A stretch of DNA of 64,000 nt, taken from NCBI GenBank assembly GCA_963762255.1, contig CAVXKA010000003.1, forward strand, positions 288,001 to 352,000. The letters run 5' to 3'. Shown piece by piece: positions 52,243 through 61,600 of this stretch; within the stretch, counting starts at the first letter, position 1; every line of letters starts with the position of its first letter. This DNA is from Candidatus Eiseniibacteriota bacterium. Lineage in GTDB: Bacteria; Eisenbacteria; RBG-16-71-46; JABDJR01. The notes below the pieces were generated by a model that was not told the DNA's origin, did no database searches, and saw only the letters and a program-made list of their open reading frames with translations. Position numbers and translations under genes: made by a program.

Positions 52243-52336
52243 GAAGCCGCTTCCTCCCTGGGCCTTCAGCGGGGTGAACCAACGAGCAGATCCGGGACCA
52301 CGATACGCCTGGCGTGCAGTTCCGACAACAGCAGGC

Positions 52337-52855
52337 TCAGTCGCGAGGGTACGTCTCCTTGTAGTGGAGATAGTTCTCGACCCCGAAGAGGATGAGGTCT
52401 CTCACCTCGTCATCGGTGACTCGCCGGGCCACTCGGCCGGGCCGACCCATGACGAGGCTGCGCGGAGGCACCCGCGTACCCGGAGTGACCAGAGAGCCCG
52501 CGCCCACGATCGACTCTTCGCCGATGACCGCGCCGTCCATGATCGTCGAGCCCATCCCGATCAGAACGCGGTCCTTCACCGTGCAACCGTGCAGCAGGAT
52601 GTTGTGCCCCCCCACGACGTCGTTGCCGATGATCGTCGGCCACGTGTCGATGGAGACGTGGATCGTCGAATTGTCCTGGATGTTGGTGCGATCACCGATG
52701 CGAATGAAGTTCACGTCGCCGCGCACCACGACATTGAACCAGAGGCTGGCGTGCTCTCCGAGAACCGTGTCGCCGATCACGGTGGCGGTGGGAGCCAGAT
52801 ACGCGGATGCGGGAATGACGGGGGTCTTGCCGTGGTGCGGGAGAATGAGCGGCAT
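52337..52855 (-). CDS. gamma carbonic anhydrase family protein (YrdA-like)
   Basis: ATVIGD, VVRGD, TNIQDNSTIH, GHNILLHGC, hexapeptide repeats. Confidence 0.93.
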   Translation of the reverse strand: MPLILPHHGKTPVIPASAYLAPTATVIGDTVLGEHASLWFNVVVRGDVNFIRIGDRTNIQDNSTIHVSIDTWPTIIGNDVVGGHNILLHGCTVKDRVLIGMGSTIMDGAVIGEESIVGAGSLVTPGTRVPPRSLVMGRPGRVARRVTDDEVRDLILFGVENYLHYKETYPRD

Positions 52856-52878
52856 CGGTCGCTCCGTGCGAGAGGAGA

Positions 52879-52955
52879 TGGTGGGCCCAGAGGGACTCGA
52901 ACCCCCAACCTTTTGGTCCGTAGCCAAACGCTCTATCCAATTGAGCTATGGGCCC
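52879..52955 (-). tRNA. tRNA-Arg(ACG)
   Basis: GGGCCCATAGCTCAATTGGATAGAGC-TTTGG-CTACGGA-CCAAA..GGTTCGAGTC..GCCCACCA, 77 nt. Confidence 0.96.
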
Positions 52956-53024
52956 ATCCGTAGTTGTATGGCCGACAAGGAATTAGGTCCGCGGACGAAC
53001 CCGTTTTCCCCGCAGCGCCCGTGG

Positions 53025-53053
53025 ATTATAGGGGCGGTCCCCCGCGCTTTCAA
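53025..53053 (-). promoter_or_regulatory. near-consensus sigma70 promoter for tRNA-Arg
   Basis: TTGAAA-N17-TATAAT about 70 nt upstream of the tRNA. Confidence 0.75.
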
Positions 53054-53081
53054 CCAGTCATTGAGCGGAGCTCGAGGAGTC

Positions 53082-54158
53082 TTAGGAAGCCGGGCTTCTC
53101 GGCGGGTGCCGCTCGACGAGGCGCCCTTCGAGATCCGGCGTCATGGAGACATGCCCCGCGTCATCCACCAGCACCGCACCAACACCGAGGCTTTCCGCGA
53201 GCGCCAGACCGCGCTTAGCTCCGAGCACCATGATCGCCGTGGAGAGCGCATCGGCCAAGGTCGCGTCGGGAGAGACGGTGGTCACGCTGCGCAGTCCCTT
53301 CGAGGGCATCCCGGTCCTGGGATCCAGAATGTGGTGATAGCGCACGCCGTCCAGAACGAAGTAGCGCTCATAGTCGCCGCTGGTGGAGGTGGAGGCGTCG
53401 GTGACGTCGAGCGTGGCGAAGTAATCCTCCGGCTCCCCACGCGGGTCGCGAATGCCGACGCGCCAGGGCTTCCCGTCCTTGTGCCCCCCCGCCATCACCT
53501 GGCCGCCGCCGAGAATGAGAAAGTCTCGCACGCCGCGCGCACGCAAGAGCTCTGCGGCGCGATCGAGCGCGTAGCCCTTGGCGATCCCACCGAGGCCAAT
53601 CTTCATGCCCGCCACCGGGAGATAGACCGTGCCCAGGGAGTCGCTCACCACGACCTTGCGGTAGTCGACAAGCGCGATGCGGGCGGCCACGTCTGCGGGA
53701 TCGGGCCCGCGCGGCTCGGCCGCCTTGAAGTCCCACAGTCCCCAGAGCGCCGCCCACGAGATCTCGAACGCACCGTCGCTGAGCGCACCGATCTCGATCC
53801 CGCGCCGGATCACATCGCGAAGATCCGCCGGCACCGCCACCGGGCGCACGCCAGCCTCGCGGTTCACCGCAGAGAGGGGCGATGTGTCCTTCCACTCGCT
53901 CATCCGGGTGTCCACCTGCCGGAAGACGGCGAACACGGAATCAGCGAGCGCGGCGGCGGCGTCCCCTTCCGGCAAGGTCACTCGAAACGTGGTGGCCATG
54001 ACGTCGGCGGAGAAGGTCGTGAACCCGGAGGGCGCTGCTGCCTCCCGCGTGCGCGGCCACTTGGGAGCGATGAGCCGTCCTGGAGAGGTCAAGAAGAGAA
54101 CGAGGGCGGTCACCGCGCTGAACGCGAGAACCAGACCCAACGAGGCGGATCGTTTCAC
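53082..54158 (-). CDS. apbE: FAD:protein FMN transferase
   Basis: VMATT, LGGIAKGY, WRVGIRDP, STSGDYE, YHHILDPRTG, ADALSTA. Confidence 0.93.
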   Translation of the reverse strand: MKRSASLGLVLAFSAVTALVLFLTSPGRLIAPKWPRTREAAAPSGFTTFSADVMATTFRVTLPEGDAAAALADSVFAVFRQVDTRMSEWKDTSPLSAVNREAGVRPVAVPADLRDVIRRGIEIGALSDGAFEISWAALWGLWDFKAAEPRGPDPADVAARIALVDYRKVVVSDSLGTVYLPVAGMKIGLGGIAKGYALDRAAELLRARGVRDFLILGGGQVMAGGHKDGKPWRVGIRDPRGEPEDYFATLDVTDASTSTSGDYERYFVLDGVRYHHILDPRTGMPSKGLRSVTTVSPDATLADALSTAIMVLGAKRGLALAESLGVGAVLVDDAGHVSMTPDLEGRLVERHPPRSPAS

Positions 54159-54173
54159 GAGCGCCTGGGCTCC

Positions 54174-54345
54174 CTAGTGATGGTGGGAGTGTGCGTGGTG
54201 GGAATCATGGTGGTGGGTGCAGCGCCCGCACTTGCCCTCCACCCCGGGCTGGCCGGGATCGTGCTTGCCTACCCACCGCTGCACAACGACCCAGGCACCG
54301 CACAGAGCACCCCAGACCGAGTATGGGGAGGAGGAAATGAAGCAT
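54174..54345 (-). CDS. unannotated ~56-aa membrane-anchored CxxC/His-rich microprotein (NqrM-like?); one apparent extra G
   Basis: Removing one G from GGGG (54310-54313) gives MLHFLLPILGLGALCGAWVVVQRWVGKHDPGQPGVEGKCGRCTHHHDSHHAHSHHH*, which fills the rnfA-apbE gap. Confidence 0.65.
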
Positions 54346-54348
54346 GCT

Positions 54349-54927
54349 CTAACTCCCGCTGAAGAGGCCGGCGAAGCCCATGAAGGCCAGGGAGAGGATT
54401 CCCGAGATGAGGAGCACCATCGCCGTCCCTTTGAGCAGGGAGGGGATGTTGGACAACTCGGCCTCCTCGCGGATTCCCGCCATCAACACCAGCGCCAGGG
54501 CGAGCCCCGCGCCGCTGCCGATGGCGAAGACCAAACCCTCGATCAGATTGTACTCCCGGCTGGTCTGGAAGAGCGCCAGCGCCAGGATCGCGCAGTTGGT
54601 GGTGATGAGCGGCAGATAGATGCCGAGCGCGCGGAAGAGTCCGGGCGAGAGCTTCTTGATCACCATCTCCACGAACTGCACGGTGCTCGCGATGACCACG
54701 ATAAAGCTGATGAGGCGCAGGTACGAGGCGTCCCCGAGAATGTACTTGTTGAGCCCCCACACCGCAATCGAAGTGATGATCATCACGAAGATGTTGGCGA
54801 GGCCGAGGCGGAACGCGGTCTGCAGGTTGTTAGACACGCCGAAGAACGCGCACAGCCCCAGGAAGTACACCAGCGTGAAGTTGTTGATGAGGAGCGAACT
54901 CATGAGGATCCAGACGAGTCTGTCCAT
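54349..54927 (-). CDS. rnfA: Rnf complex subunit A
   Basis: NNFTL..FLGLC, VQFVEM, GIYLPLITTNCAIL, AGIRE, AFMGF. Confidence 0.94.
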   Translation of the reverse strand: MDRLVWILMSSLLINNFTLVYFLGLCAFFGVSNNLQTAFRLGLANIFVMIITSIAVWGLNKYILGDASYLRLISFIVVIASTVQFVEMVIKKLSPGLFRALGIYLPLITTNCAILALALFQTSREYNLIEGLVFAIGSGAGLALALVLMAGIREEAELSNIPSLLKGTAMVLLISGILSLAFMGFAGLFSGS

Positions 54928-54930
54928 GCT

Positions 54931-55578
54931 CTAGATCGCCTCCTGAGTCAGCTTTGCCGCCAGCTTCTGACGGCGTTCGATGATCGCCGAGATCGCATAG
55001 AGCAGAACACCGAGGCAGAGGAACCCGCCGGGAGGAAGGATCATGATGATCCATGGTTCGTAATTGGGCCCGAACAGGTTGACCCCGAAGATGGAACCAC
55101 TCCCGAGAATCTCCCGGATCGCCCCAAGGATGAGCAGGGCACCGGTGAACCCGATCCCGTTCCCCACCGCGTCGCCGGTGGATGGCAAGACCGGGTTATG
55201 GGCGGCGAAGGCCTCGGCGCGGCCCAGAATGATGCAGTTCACCACGATGAGGGCGATGAAGGCGGCCATCGACTTGTGGGCGGCGGGAGCGATCGCCTGC
55301 AGCGTGAAGTCCACCACCGTCACGAAGGTGGCGATGATGATGATGTAGGTCGAGATGCGCACCTGTCGGGGGATGAACCGGCGCAACGCCGAGATCATGT
55401 AGCTCGAACAGACAAGCACGAAGGTCGTAGCCACCCCCATGATGACCCCGTTGAGGGCGGTGTTGGTTACGGCAAGGGCGGGGCACATGCCGAGGATCTG
55501 GCGAAACGTGGGGTTCTCCGGCCCAATCCCCTTGATCATCTCGCTGTTGAAGGTCAGCTTCTTTCCCTGGGCGGACAT
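54931..55578 (-). CDS. rnfE: Rnf complex subunit E
   Basis: ENP..LGMCPALAVT, IIIATFVT, LIVVNCIILGRAEAFA, REILG, LPPGGF. Confidence 0.94.
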   Translation of the reverse strand: MSAQGKKLTFNSEMIKGIGPENPTFRQILGMCPALAVTNTALNGVIMGVATTFVLVCSSYMISALRRFIPRQVRISTYIIIIATFVTVVDFTLQAIAPAAHKSMAAFIALIVVNCIILGRAEAFAAHNPVLPSTGDAVGNGIGFTGALLILGAIREILGSGSIFGVNLFGPNYEPWIIMILPPGGFLCLGVLLYAISAIIERRQKLAAKLTQEAI

Positions 55579-55580
55579 GT

Positions 55581-56228
55581 TCAATCCCCTCCTGCCGAGG
55601 CGCTCTCCGCGCCGGCGAGCGGTGGTTCCTGCCCGGGCGCGGGAAGCCGGCCGAGCCATTCCGCGTTGCCGGCGTTGATGATCTTCACGATCGCCTTCGA
55701 GGAGATCGTTGCGCCGGTGATGGCGTCCACCTCGTTCGGGTTCGTCCCGTGCCCCTTGATGGCCACAACGTCCGGCGTCACGGCGAGATCGTGGAACTCC
55801 GCGAGGAACTTCTCGTCCTTGAGAATCTTGTCGCCGAGGCCCGGCGTCTCCCGGCTGTCCAGAACCTGCATTCCCACGATCTTCCTATCGCTGGTCTTGA
55901 AGCCGTAGATGAGCTGAATCGTGTCCTGGAAGCCCGGCCCTTCGCTGGGAATCGCATAGCCCACGAAGACCCCGGTCGAATCGTAGGCGGCGTAGATGAC
56001 CTTCTCTCCCTTGGCCGGTGCCTCGACCGAGATGAGCTTGGAGTCACGGAAGACCAGGGGCTGGAGCTTCGAGGAGCCGGGCAGCACGTTGAAGACCGCC
56101 AGCTCGAGGGCCGCCTGTTTGTTGGCGGTGATCTTGGGAAGGGTAATCAGATAGGAGCCGACGATGGCGAGGCCGGAGATCAGACCGGCGAAGGTGAGGG
56201 TGGCGACGAGTTTCCACATGCCGCTCAT
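55581..56228 (-). CDS. rnfG: Rnf complex subunit G (FMN-binding)
   Basis: N-terminal TM, GFQDTI, ETPGLG, DAITGATISS flavinylation motif. Confidence 0.93.
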   Translation of the reverse strand: MSGMWKLVATLTFAGLISGLAIVGSYLITLPKITANKQAALELAVFNVLPGSSKLQPLVFRDSKLISVEAPAKGEKVIYAAYDSTGVFVGYAIPSEGPGFQDTIQLIYGFKTSDRKIVGMQVLDSRETPGLGDKILKDEKFLAEFHDLAVTPDVVAIKGHGTNPNEVDAITGATISSKAIVKIINAGNAEWLGRLPAPGQEPPLAGAESASAGGD

Positions 56229-57235
56229 GCCGTGCGCCTCCCGTGCCCGAAGGCCCGCGATTGGTTCGAGCGCTCGATGAGCGGCGACACCGCGTTCATG
56301 ATGAGGATGGCGTACATGACTCCTTCGGGGAGACCGCCCCACAATCGGATCAACACGACGAGGACTCCGATCCCCATGCCGAAGAGCCACGCCCCGCGCG
56401 GCGCGATCGGCGAGGTGACCGGGTCGGTGGCCATGAACACCGCCCCGAACATGAGCCCGCCGGAGAAAAGCATGAAGAGGGCGCTCGGATACCGCTCGGC
56501 GTTCACCAGATGCATGATGCCGCTGAAGATGCCCACGGTGAGGATGATCGAGGCCGGGATGCGCCAGTCGAAGGTGCGCCGCATGACGAGGACCACGCCG
56601 GCAAGAAGGATCACCGCCGCGCTCGTCTCCCCCAGGGATCCTGCCACGTTTCCACGGAAGAGATCCATGGCGGGCGCGAACTGGTGCGCGAACTTCATGA
56701 AATTGAGCGGCGTCGCCGTGGTCACCACGTCGGGAGGCGCCTGAAAGAACGGCACCGCGAAGTTGCTGGCATGAATCGACGCGAGCCCGGTGGGCGGCGA
56801 CCACGTGGTGATGGCGGTCGGGAAGGCCGCCTGCAAAAAGGCCCGCCCCACGAGAGCCGGGTTGAACAGGTTGTGCCCGAGCCCTCCCCAGATCACCTTG
56901 CCGAGCGAGATGGCGATGATCCCGCCCAGGAACGCCATCCAAAGCGGGAAGCCCGGAGGGAGGGTGAGCCCGAGCAGGATGCCCGTCAGGATCGCGCTGC
57001 CATCCTTGAGGGTGCGGGAGCGAGGTTTCGTATTCGAAGCCATCCACTCGGTGGCCATCGTGCCCAGGGCCGCGCTCACGGTCACCAGGAGCGAGCTGAT
57101 CCCGAAGTACCAGATGGACACCAGCCACACCACACAGGCGGCGAGGATGACGTCCAGCATGAGCCGCGGCGTCGTCACCCCTTCGCGCAGGAACGGCGCG
57201 GTCTGGACAAGGAGCCGCGGAGAGCGATCGGTCAC
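56225..57235 (-). CDS. rnfD: Rnf complex subunit D
   Basis: DGSAILTG, GGLGHNLFNPA, TTATP, GSLGETS, FMATDPVTSP, PEGVMYAIL. Confidence 0.94.
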   Translation of the reverse strand: MTDRSPRLLVQTAPFLREGVTTPRLMLDVILAACVVWLVSIWYFGISSLLVTVSAALGTMATEWMASNTKPRSRTLKDGSAILTGILLGLTLPPGFPLWMAFLGGIIAISLGKVIWGGLGHNLFNPALVGRAFLQAAFPTAITTWSPPTGLASIHASNFAVPFFQAPPDVVTTATPLNFMKFAHQFAPAMDLFRGNVAGSLGETSAAVILLAGVVLVMRRTFDWRIPASIILTVGIFSGIMHLVNAERYPSALFMLFSGGLMFGAVFMATDPVTSPIAPRGAWLFGMGIGVLVVLIRLWGGLPEGVMYAILIMNAVSPLIERSNQSRAFGHGRRTA

Positions 57236-58569
57236 GTCGTCTTCCCCTTCTTCTTCTCCCGGATCGCCGACTTCGCCACCCGGATGAGCTGCACGATCGG
57301 GATGCCCGAGGGGCAGGCGAAGCTGCACGAACCGCATTCCACGCAATCCATGACGTGGAAGTCCGGCAGGTCGTCGAATCGCCGCGCCCGCGCGAGCCGG
57401 CCGAGGCGGGACGGGTTCAGGAACTGCGGGCACGCATCCACGCAGCGGCCGCAGCGGATGCAGGTGTACTCGTTGGGGATCGCGGCCTCGGCCTCCGTGA
57501 AGGCGAGGAGACCCGAGGTGCCCTTGAGCACCGGCACGTCCAGGCTGGCAAGCGGCGCCCCCATCATCGGGCCGCCCATGATGACCTCGCGGGTGTTCTC
57601 GTCGAGACCCCCGAGATGATCGAACACGGCCCGCACCGGCGTCCCCACCGGGACCAGGAGGTTGGCCGGCCGCTTCACTCCGGGGCCGGCGACGGTGACC
57701 ACGCGCTCGATGAGCGGGATCCCGTTGTCGAAGTAGTCGGCGATGGCCGCCATGGTGCCGACGTTGTTGACGACGATCTCGACGTCGATCGGGAGCTTGC
57801 CCGTCGGAACCTCGACGCCGAACACCGCCCGAATGAGCATCTTCTCCGCGCCCTGCGGGTACTTCACCTTGACCGGCACCACGCGCACCGCCGCGCCCGC
57901 CGGCACCGCACGTTGCAGCGATTCCACCGCGTCCGGCTTGTTCATCTCGATGCCAATCACGGTCTCGTCCACGCCGAGCCGCGCCGCCACGATTTCGATG
58001 CCGCGGAGGATCGCTTCCGGCCGCTCGATCATCACGCGATGGTCGGTGGTGAGATAGGGCTCGCACTCCGCGCCATTCACCAGGAGCCGGCGGATCTTCT
58101 TCCCCTCCGGCACCTTGTACTTGACGTGGGTCGGGAAGGCCGCGCCGCCCATGCCCACGAGTCCGGCGCGCTGGATGTGCGAGATGAACTCGTCGGCGGT
58201 GAGGCCCCGCCAGTCGATGGGAGGATGATGGGGCAGGCGCTGGGTAGCGAAGGGATCGGCCTCGATCTCGATCGCCTCGACCAGCTTGCTGTTGGGATGG
58301 TGCCGAGCCGCGATCGCCACCACCCGCCCGGTCACCGGACTGTGAAGCGTGGTGGAGACGAATCCCCCCGGCTCCGCAATCATCTGCCCGCGCATCACAC
58401 GCTCCCCCGCCCGCACCACGGGGCGGCAGGGCGCGCCGGTGTGCTGGCTCAACGGCAGCACATAGCGCTCCACGAACGGCATCCGCTCGATGGCGAGATC
58501 CTTGGTCTCTTCCTTGTGGCCGTCGGGATGCACCCCGTGGCGGAAGGTCTTGCCGAGAATGCTGGTCAC
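57232..58569 (-). CDS. rnfC: Rnf complex subunit C
   Basis: QHTGAP, HSPVTG, GMGGAAFP, NGAECEPY, KYPQGAE, GGPMMG, CIRCGRC..CP, CVECGSC..CP. Confidence 0.95.
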   Translation of the reverse strand: MTSILGKTFRHGVHPDGHKEETKDLAIERMPFVERYVLPLSQHTGAPCRPVVRAGERVMRGQMIAEPGGFVSTTLHSPVTGRVVAIAARHHPNSKLVEAIEIEADPFATQRLPHHPPIDWRGLTADEFISHIQRAGLVGMGGAAFPTHVKYKVPEGKKIRRLLVNGAECEPYLTTDHRVMIERPEAILRGIEIVAARLGVDETVIGIEMNKPDAVESLQRAVPAGAAVRVVPVKVKYPQGAEKMLIRAVFGVEVPTGKLPIDVEIVVNNVGTMAAIADYFDNGIPLIERVVTVAGPGVKRPANLLVPVGTPVRAVFDHLGGLDENTREVIMGGPMMGAPLASLDVPVLKGTSGLLAFTEAEAAIPNEYTCIRCGRCVDACPQFLNPSRLGRLARARRFDDLPDFHVMDCVECGSCSFACPSGIPIVQLIRVAKSAIREKKKGKTT

Positions 58570-58604
58570 GTTGAGTTCCTTATCGCGATCCGGGAGCGAG
58601 TCGC

Positions 58605-61600
58605 CTAGACCTCGTCCCCGCCGTTGCCCGACGGTCGCGAGACGATGGTCATGAGCTTCGTGCGGATCTGACGCGCAAGCTCGGCCTTGAGTTGATACTG
58701 CTGATTCGCGAGCCGTGCCTCATAGTCCCGCCGAAGCGCGTCGACCTGCGCGGCGTGCTCGATCTCCTTGGTGGCGAGTGCCTCGATATCCGCCTCCGCG
58801 GGCTCGACGCGCGGCGCTCCCATCCCGGCCAGAGCCTGGAGCGTGCGCCATGCGGCGAGCCGCTCACCGGCGGCGCCCACGAGCGCGGGATCGACCTGGA
58901 AGGTTCCGTCCGGACCGATGACGACCGGCGTCTTGTCTTCGCGATCCTCGGCGGAGAGAGCGAGATACTCGGCGAGCGGAGTCGGCTCCGAAGCGTTGCC
59001 CGCAACCGGCGAGAGATGGCCGGAGAGACGCCGCTCGCCGCGCGCCCACGATGCCGGCGTGACCGCGTTGCCGTCCGCATCCGTGCTCCAGATCGCCGCC
59101 GGATCGGGGTTGCCGTCCACGCTCACACGCAGCGCGGAGCCGCCAACCGGATCGTGCGCCGCGGTGAAAAGCGGACAGGTGCGCGAAAGGACCGCCCCCT
59201 GCGCGCGCTCGAGCGTGCGATCGGGGGCAAAGCCATGGCGCTCGGGACTCGGCGCGTACACGCGCACGACGGCGGGACCGTCATGGAGTACGGCCGCCGT
59301 GACCCCCGCGGCGAGATGGCGCGAGTGGGCGATGGAACTTTGCACCACCAGGGCACGACTCCCCGCCAACGCCAGGAGCCCGAATTCGGGCGCGGCCGGG
59401 GCCGGCTTGGTCCCCCGGGCGCCGCCGCCTTGCGAGATGCCAATCTCGCGACGGAAGGATGCCTCGGCGAGGAGCACCGCCTTCACCGGCAGATCGTCGT
59501 TCAGAAGCTCGGCGAATCCGGCGATGGCATCACCGGCGAGAGCGGTCTCGTCGGCCACGAAGAAGAGCGGCGGACAGGCGCGGCGTTCCTCGGCGGTCAG
59601 ATCGCGCCATGTGAGACGGGCCAGCGATGCGCCGGCCACCGCGGCCTCGGAGGGGCGTTCGACCTCGAGCCGCGCGCGGCGAACCGTTCGCATGCCGTCC
59701 AGCGCCTGACGGAGCTGCCCTTCGAGCACGCCGCGGGCCAGCGCGAGGCCGTCGGCCTCGCCGCGCAGGGTCACCGGGACGCCGAAGGGATTGTTCGGAA
59801 ACGCGCCCACCCACCCCGCGTCCGCGGAGGGAGCGAGCACCAGGCCGAACTTCGCCACGCCGGCTCCGGTCGCGCCCACCGTGAGCCGCTGGTGGAGATC
59901 GGCCAGGTCGCGGGCCACGTCAACGAGCCGCCGCATGCGCAGGACGTCCACGCGACCGGTCTCGAAGGCGGTCTCTACACGCGCGGTCAGCGCGGCGAGA
60001 TCGGTGTCGGGGCGCCCCATCGCGTCGAGTCCGTCGGCGAGGGCGTCGAGGTCGGTGGTGGGCAGCGCGGAGGCGAGCCCCTCGCGAATCGCCTCGCTCA
60101 GCTTCACGCGCAGCTCTTCGATTTCAGCGACGTACTGGTTGACGGCCGGAGCAATGGCATCGAGAGCGATCCCCAGGATCTGACGCAGCGCGATCTTCTC
60201 GCCGGAGCCGGCCTCGGCGCCGTCGCCGCCGATCATGGCCAGGTTCGCCTCGCGCCGCAGCATCGCGGCAGCCAGGGGCCCGACCTCGGCGTGCTCGCGG
60301 GCGCGCGCGCACGCGGCCTCGGAGGGCTCCGGCAACTCGTGGAGCAGCCGCCATCCCTCGCGTGAAGCGGCGGCACGAGCGGGCTCCTCGGCCGCGCGGG
60401 TCAACGCTTCGGGCTCGCAGACCGTCACGCAGAGACCGCATCCCTTGCAGGCATCGGGGTTGATCGCGAGCGAGAAGAGCTCTCCGCTCCCCTTCGCCGT
60501 TGCTTCTGGCTCCTCGAAAAACACTTGGGTCCGCGTGACGGGCAGCGCACCGACGGCGTCGCGCACCGCGCGGAACGCATCCTCCACGCCTTTGCGCCGG
60601 TCCTCGGTGAGCGTCATCTTGCTCGTGACGTGGGCAAAGGCCGCGTCGAGCAGAGCTCCGGCGCCGATACCGGGGGTGGCGGAGGCGGCGAGCTCTTCGC
60701 CCACGCGGGCGGCGAACTTGCCGAGCGTCATGCGAAGCCCTTCCGCGGAGCGACCGCTCCGCGCGGCCAGAGCCATTCCGCGCTCGACGAAGACCGAGGG
60801 GGACCACACCCCGGCGGCCAACGCACTGTCCGGACATCCGCTCCAGCACGCACCGCATCCGGTGCAGCGCGCGGCGTCGAAGGCGGGCAGCATCCGGCGC
60901 CCGCGCGACACGTCGTGGAACGACGACGAGAGCGCGGGGAGGGTGCCGGTCGCGAAGTACGGGTCGGGGTGGAAACCGCCCCCCGCACCCTCGCTCTCGG
61001 GCACTCCCACTTGATCCCAGAATCGGGGAAGACTGTCCACGGTTTCGTCGACGTGGCCTGCGCGGCGAACCGAAGCCGGGGGCTCCGCCTCGACCACGAC
61101 TTCCTCCCCCGCGGTCGGCGCCGGCAACCCGGTCGTCTCGACCCGCGCGGCGAAATCGAATCCCGCCTGCAGCTCGCGGATGCGCGCATCCGTCTCCGCT
61201 TCCGGCGCGTCTTCAAAGAGCTTCCGGCGGGCCGCGAGAAGCTTGCGCGGGTTGATCACGACCACGCCGAGCGTATTGAGCGCACCGAACACCGCGCCCA
61301 GCATCCGCTCGTCCCGCAGGGTCGACGCATCGAGCGGCTCCGGTGTCCCGGGGGCTTCATAGCCCTTGGCGGTGAAGAGATGCAGTTTGCGCCGGAGGAT
61401 GTCGCCGCGCACCCGCGCGGGAAGCGTCTTCCACACCGAGCCGATCGACGCGTCGTGCTCGAAGAGGATCGCGCCGTCGTCGCGCACCCGATCGGCAAAA
61501 TCCGCCGGCACCGCGATCCCGGCAGGAGCCGCCCACACGGCGAGGTGGGCGCGGAGGTCGTCGCCCGGATCCTTGAGCGGGATCGGCGCGTGAATCAGAC

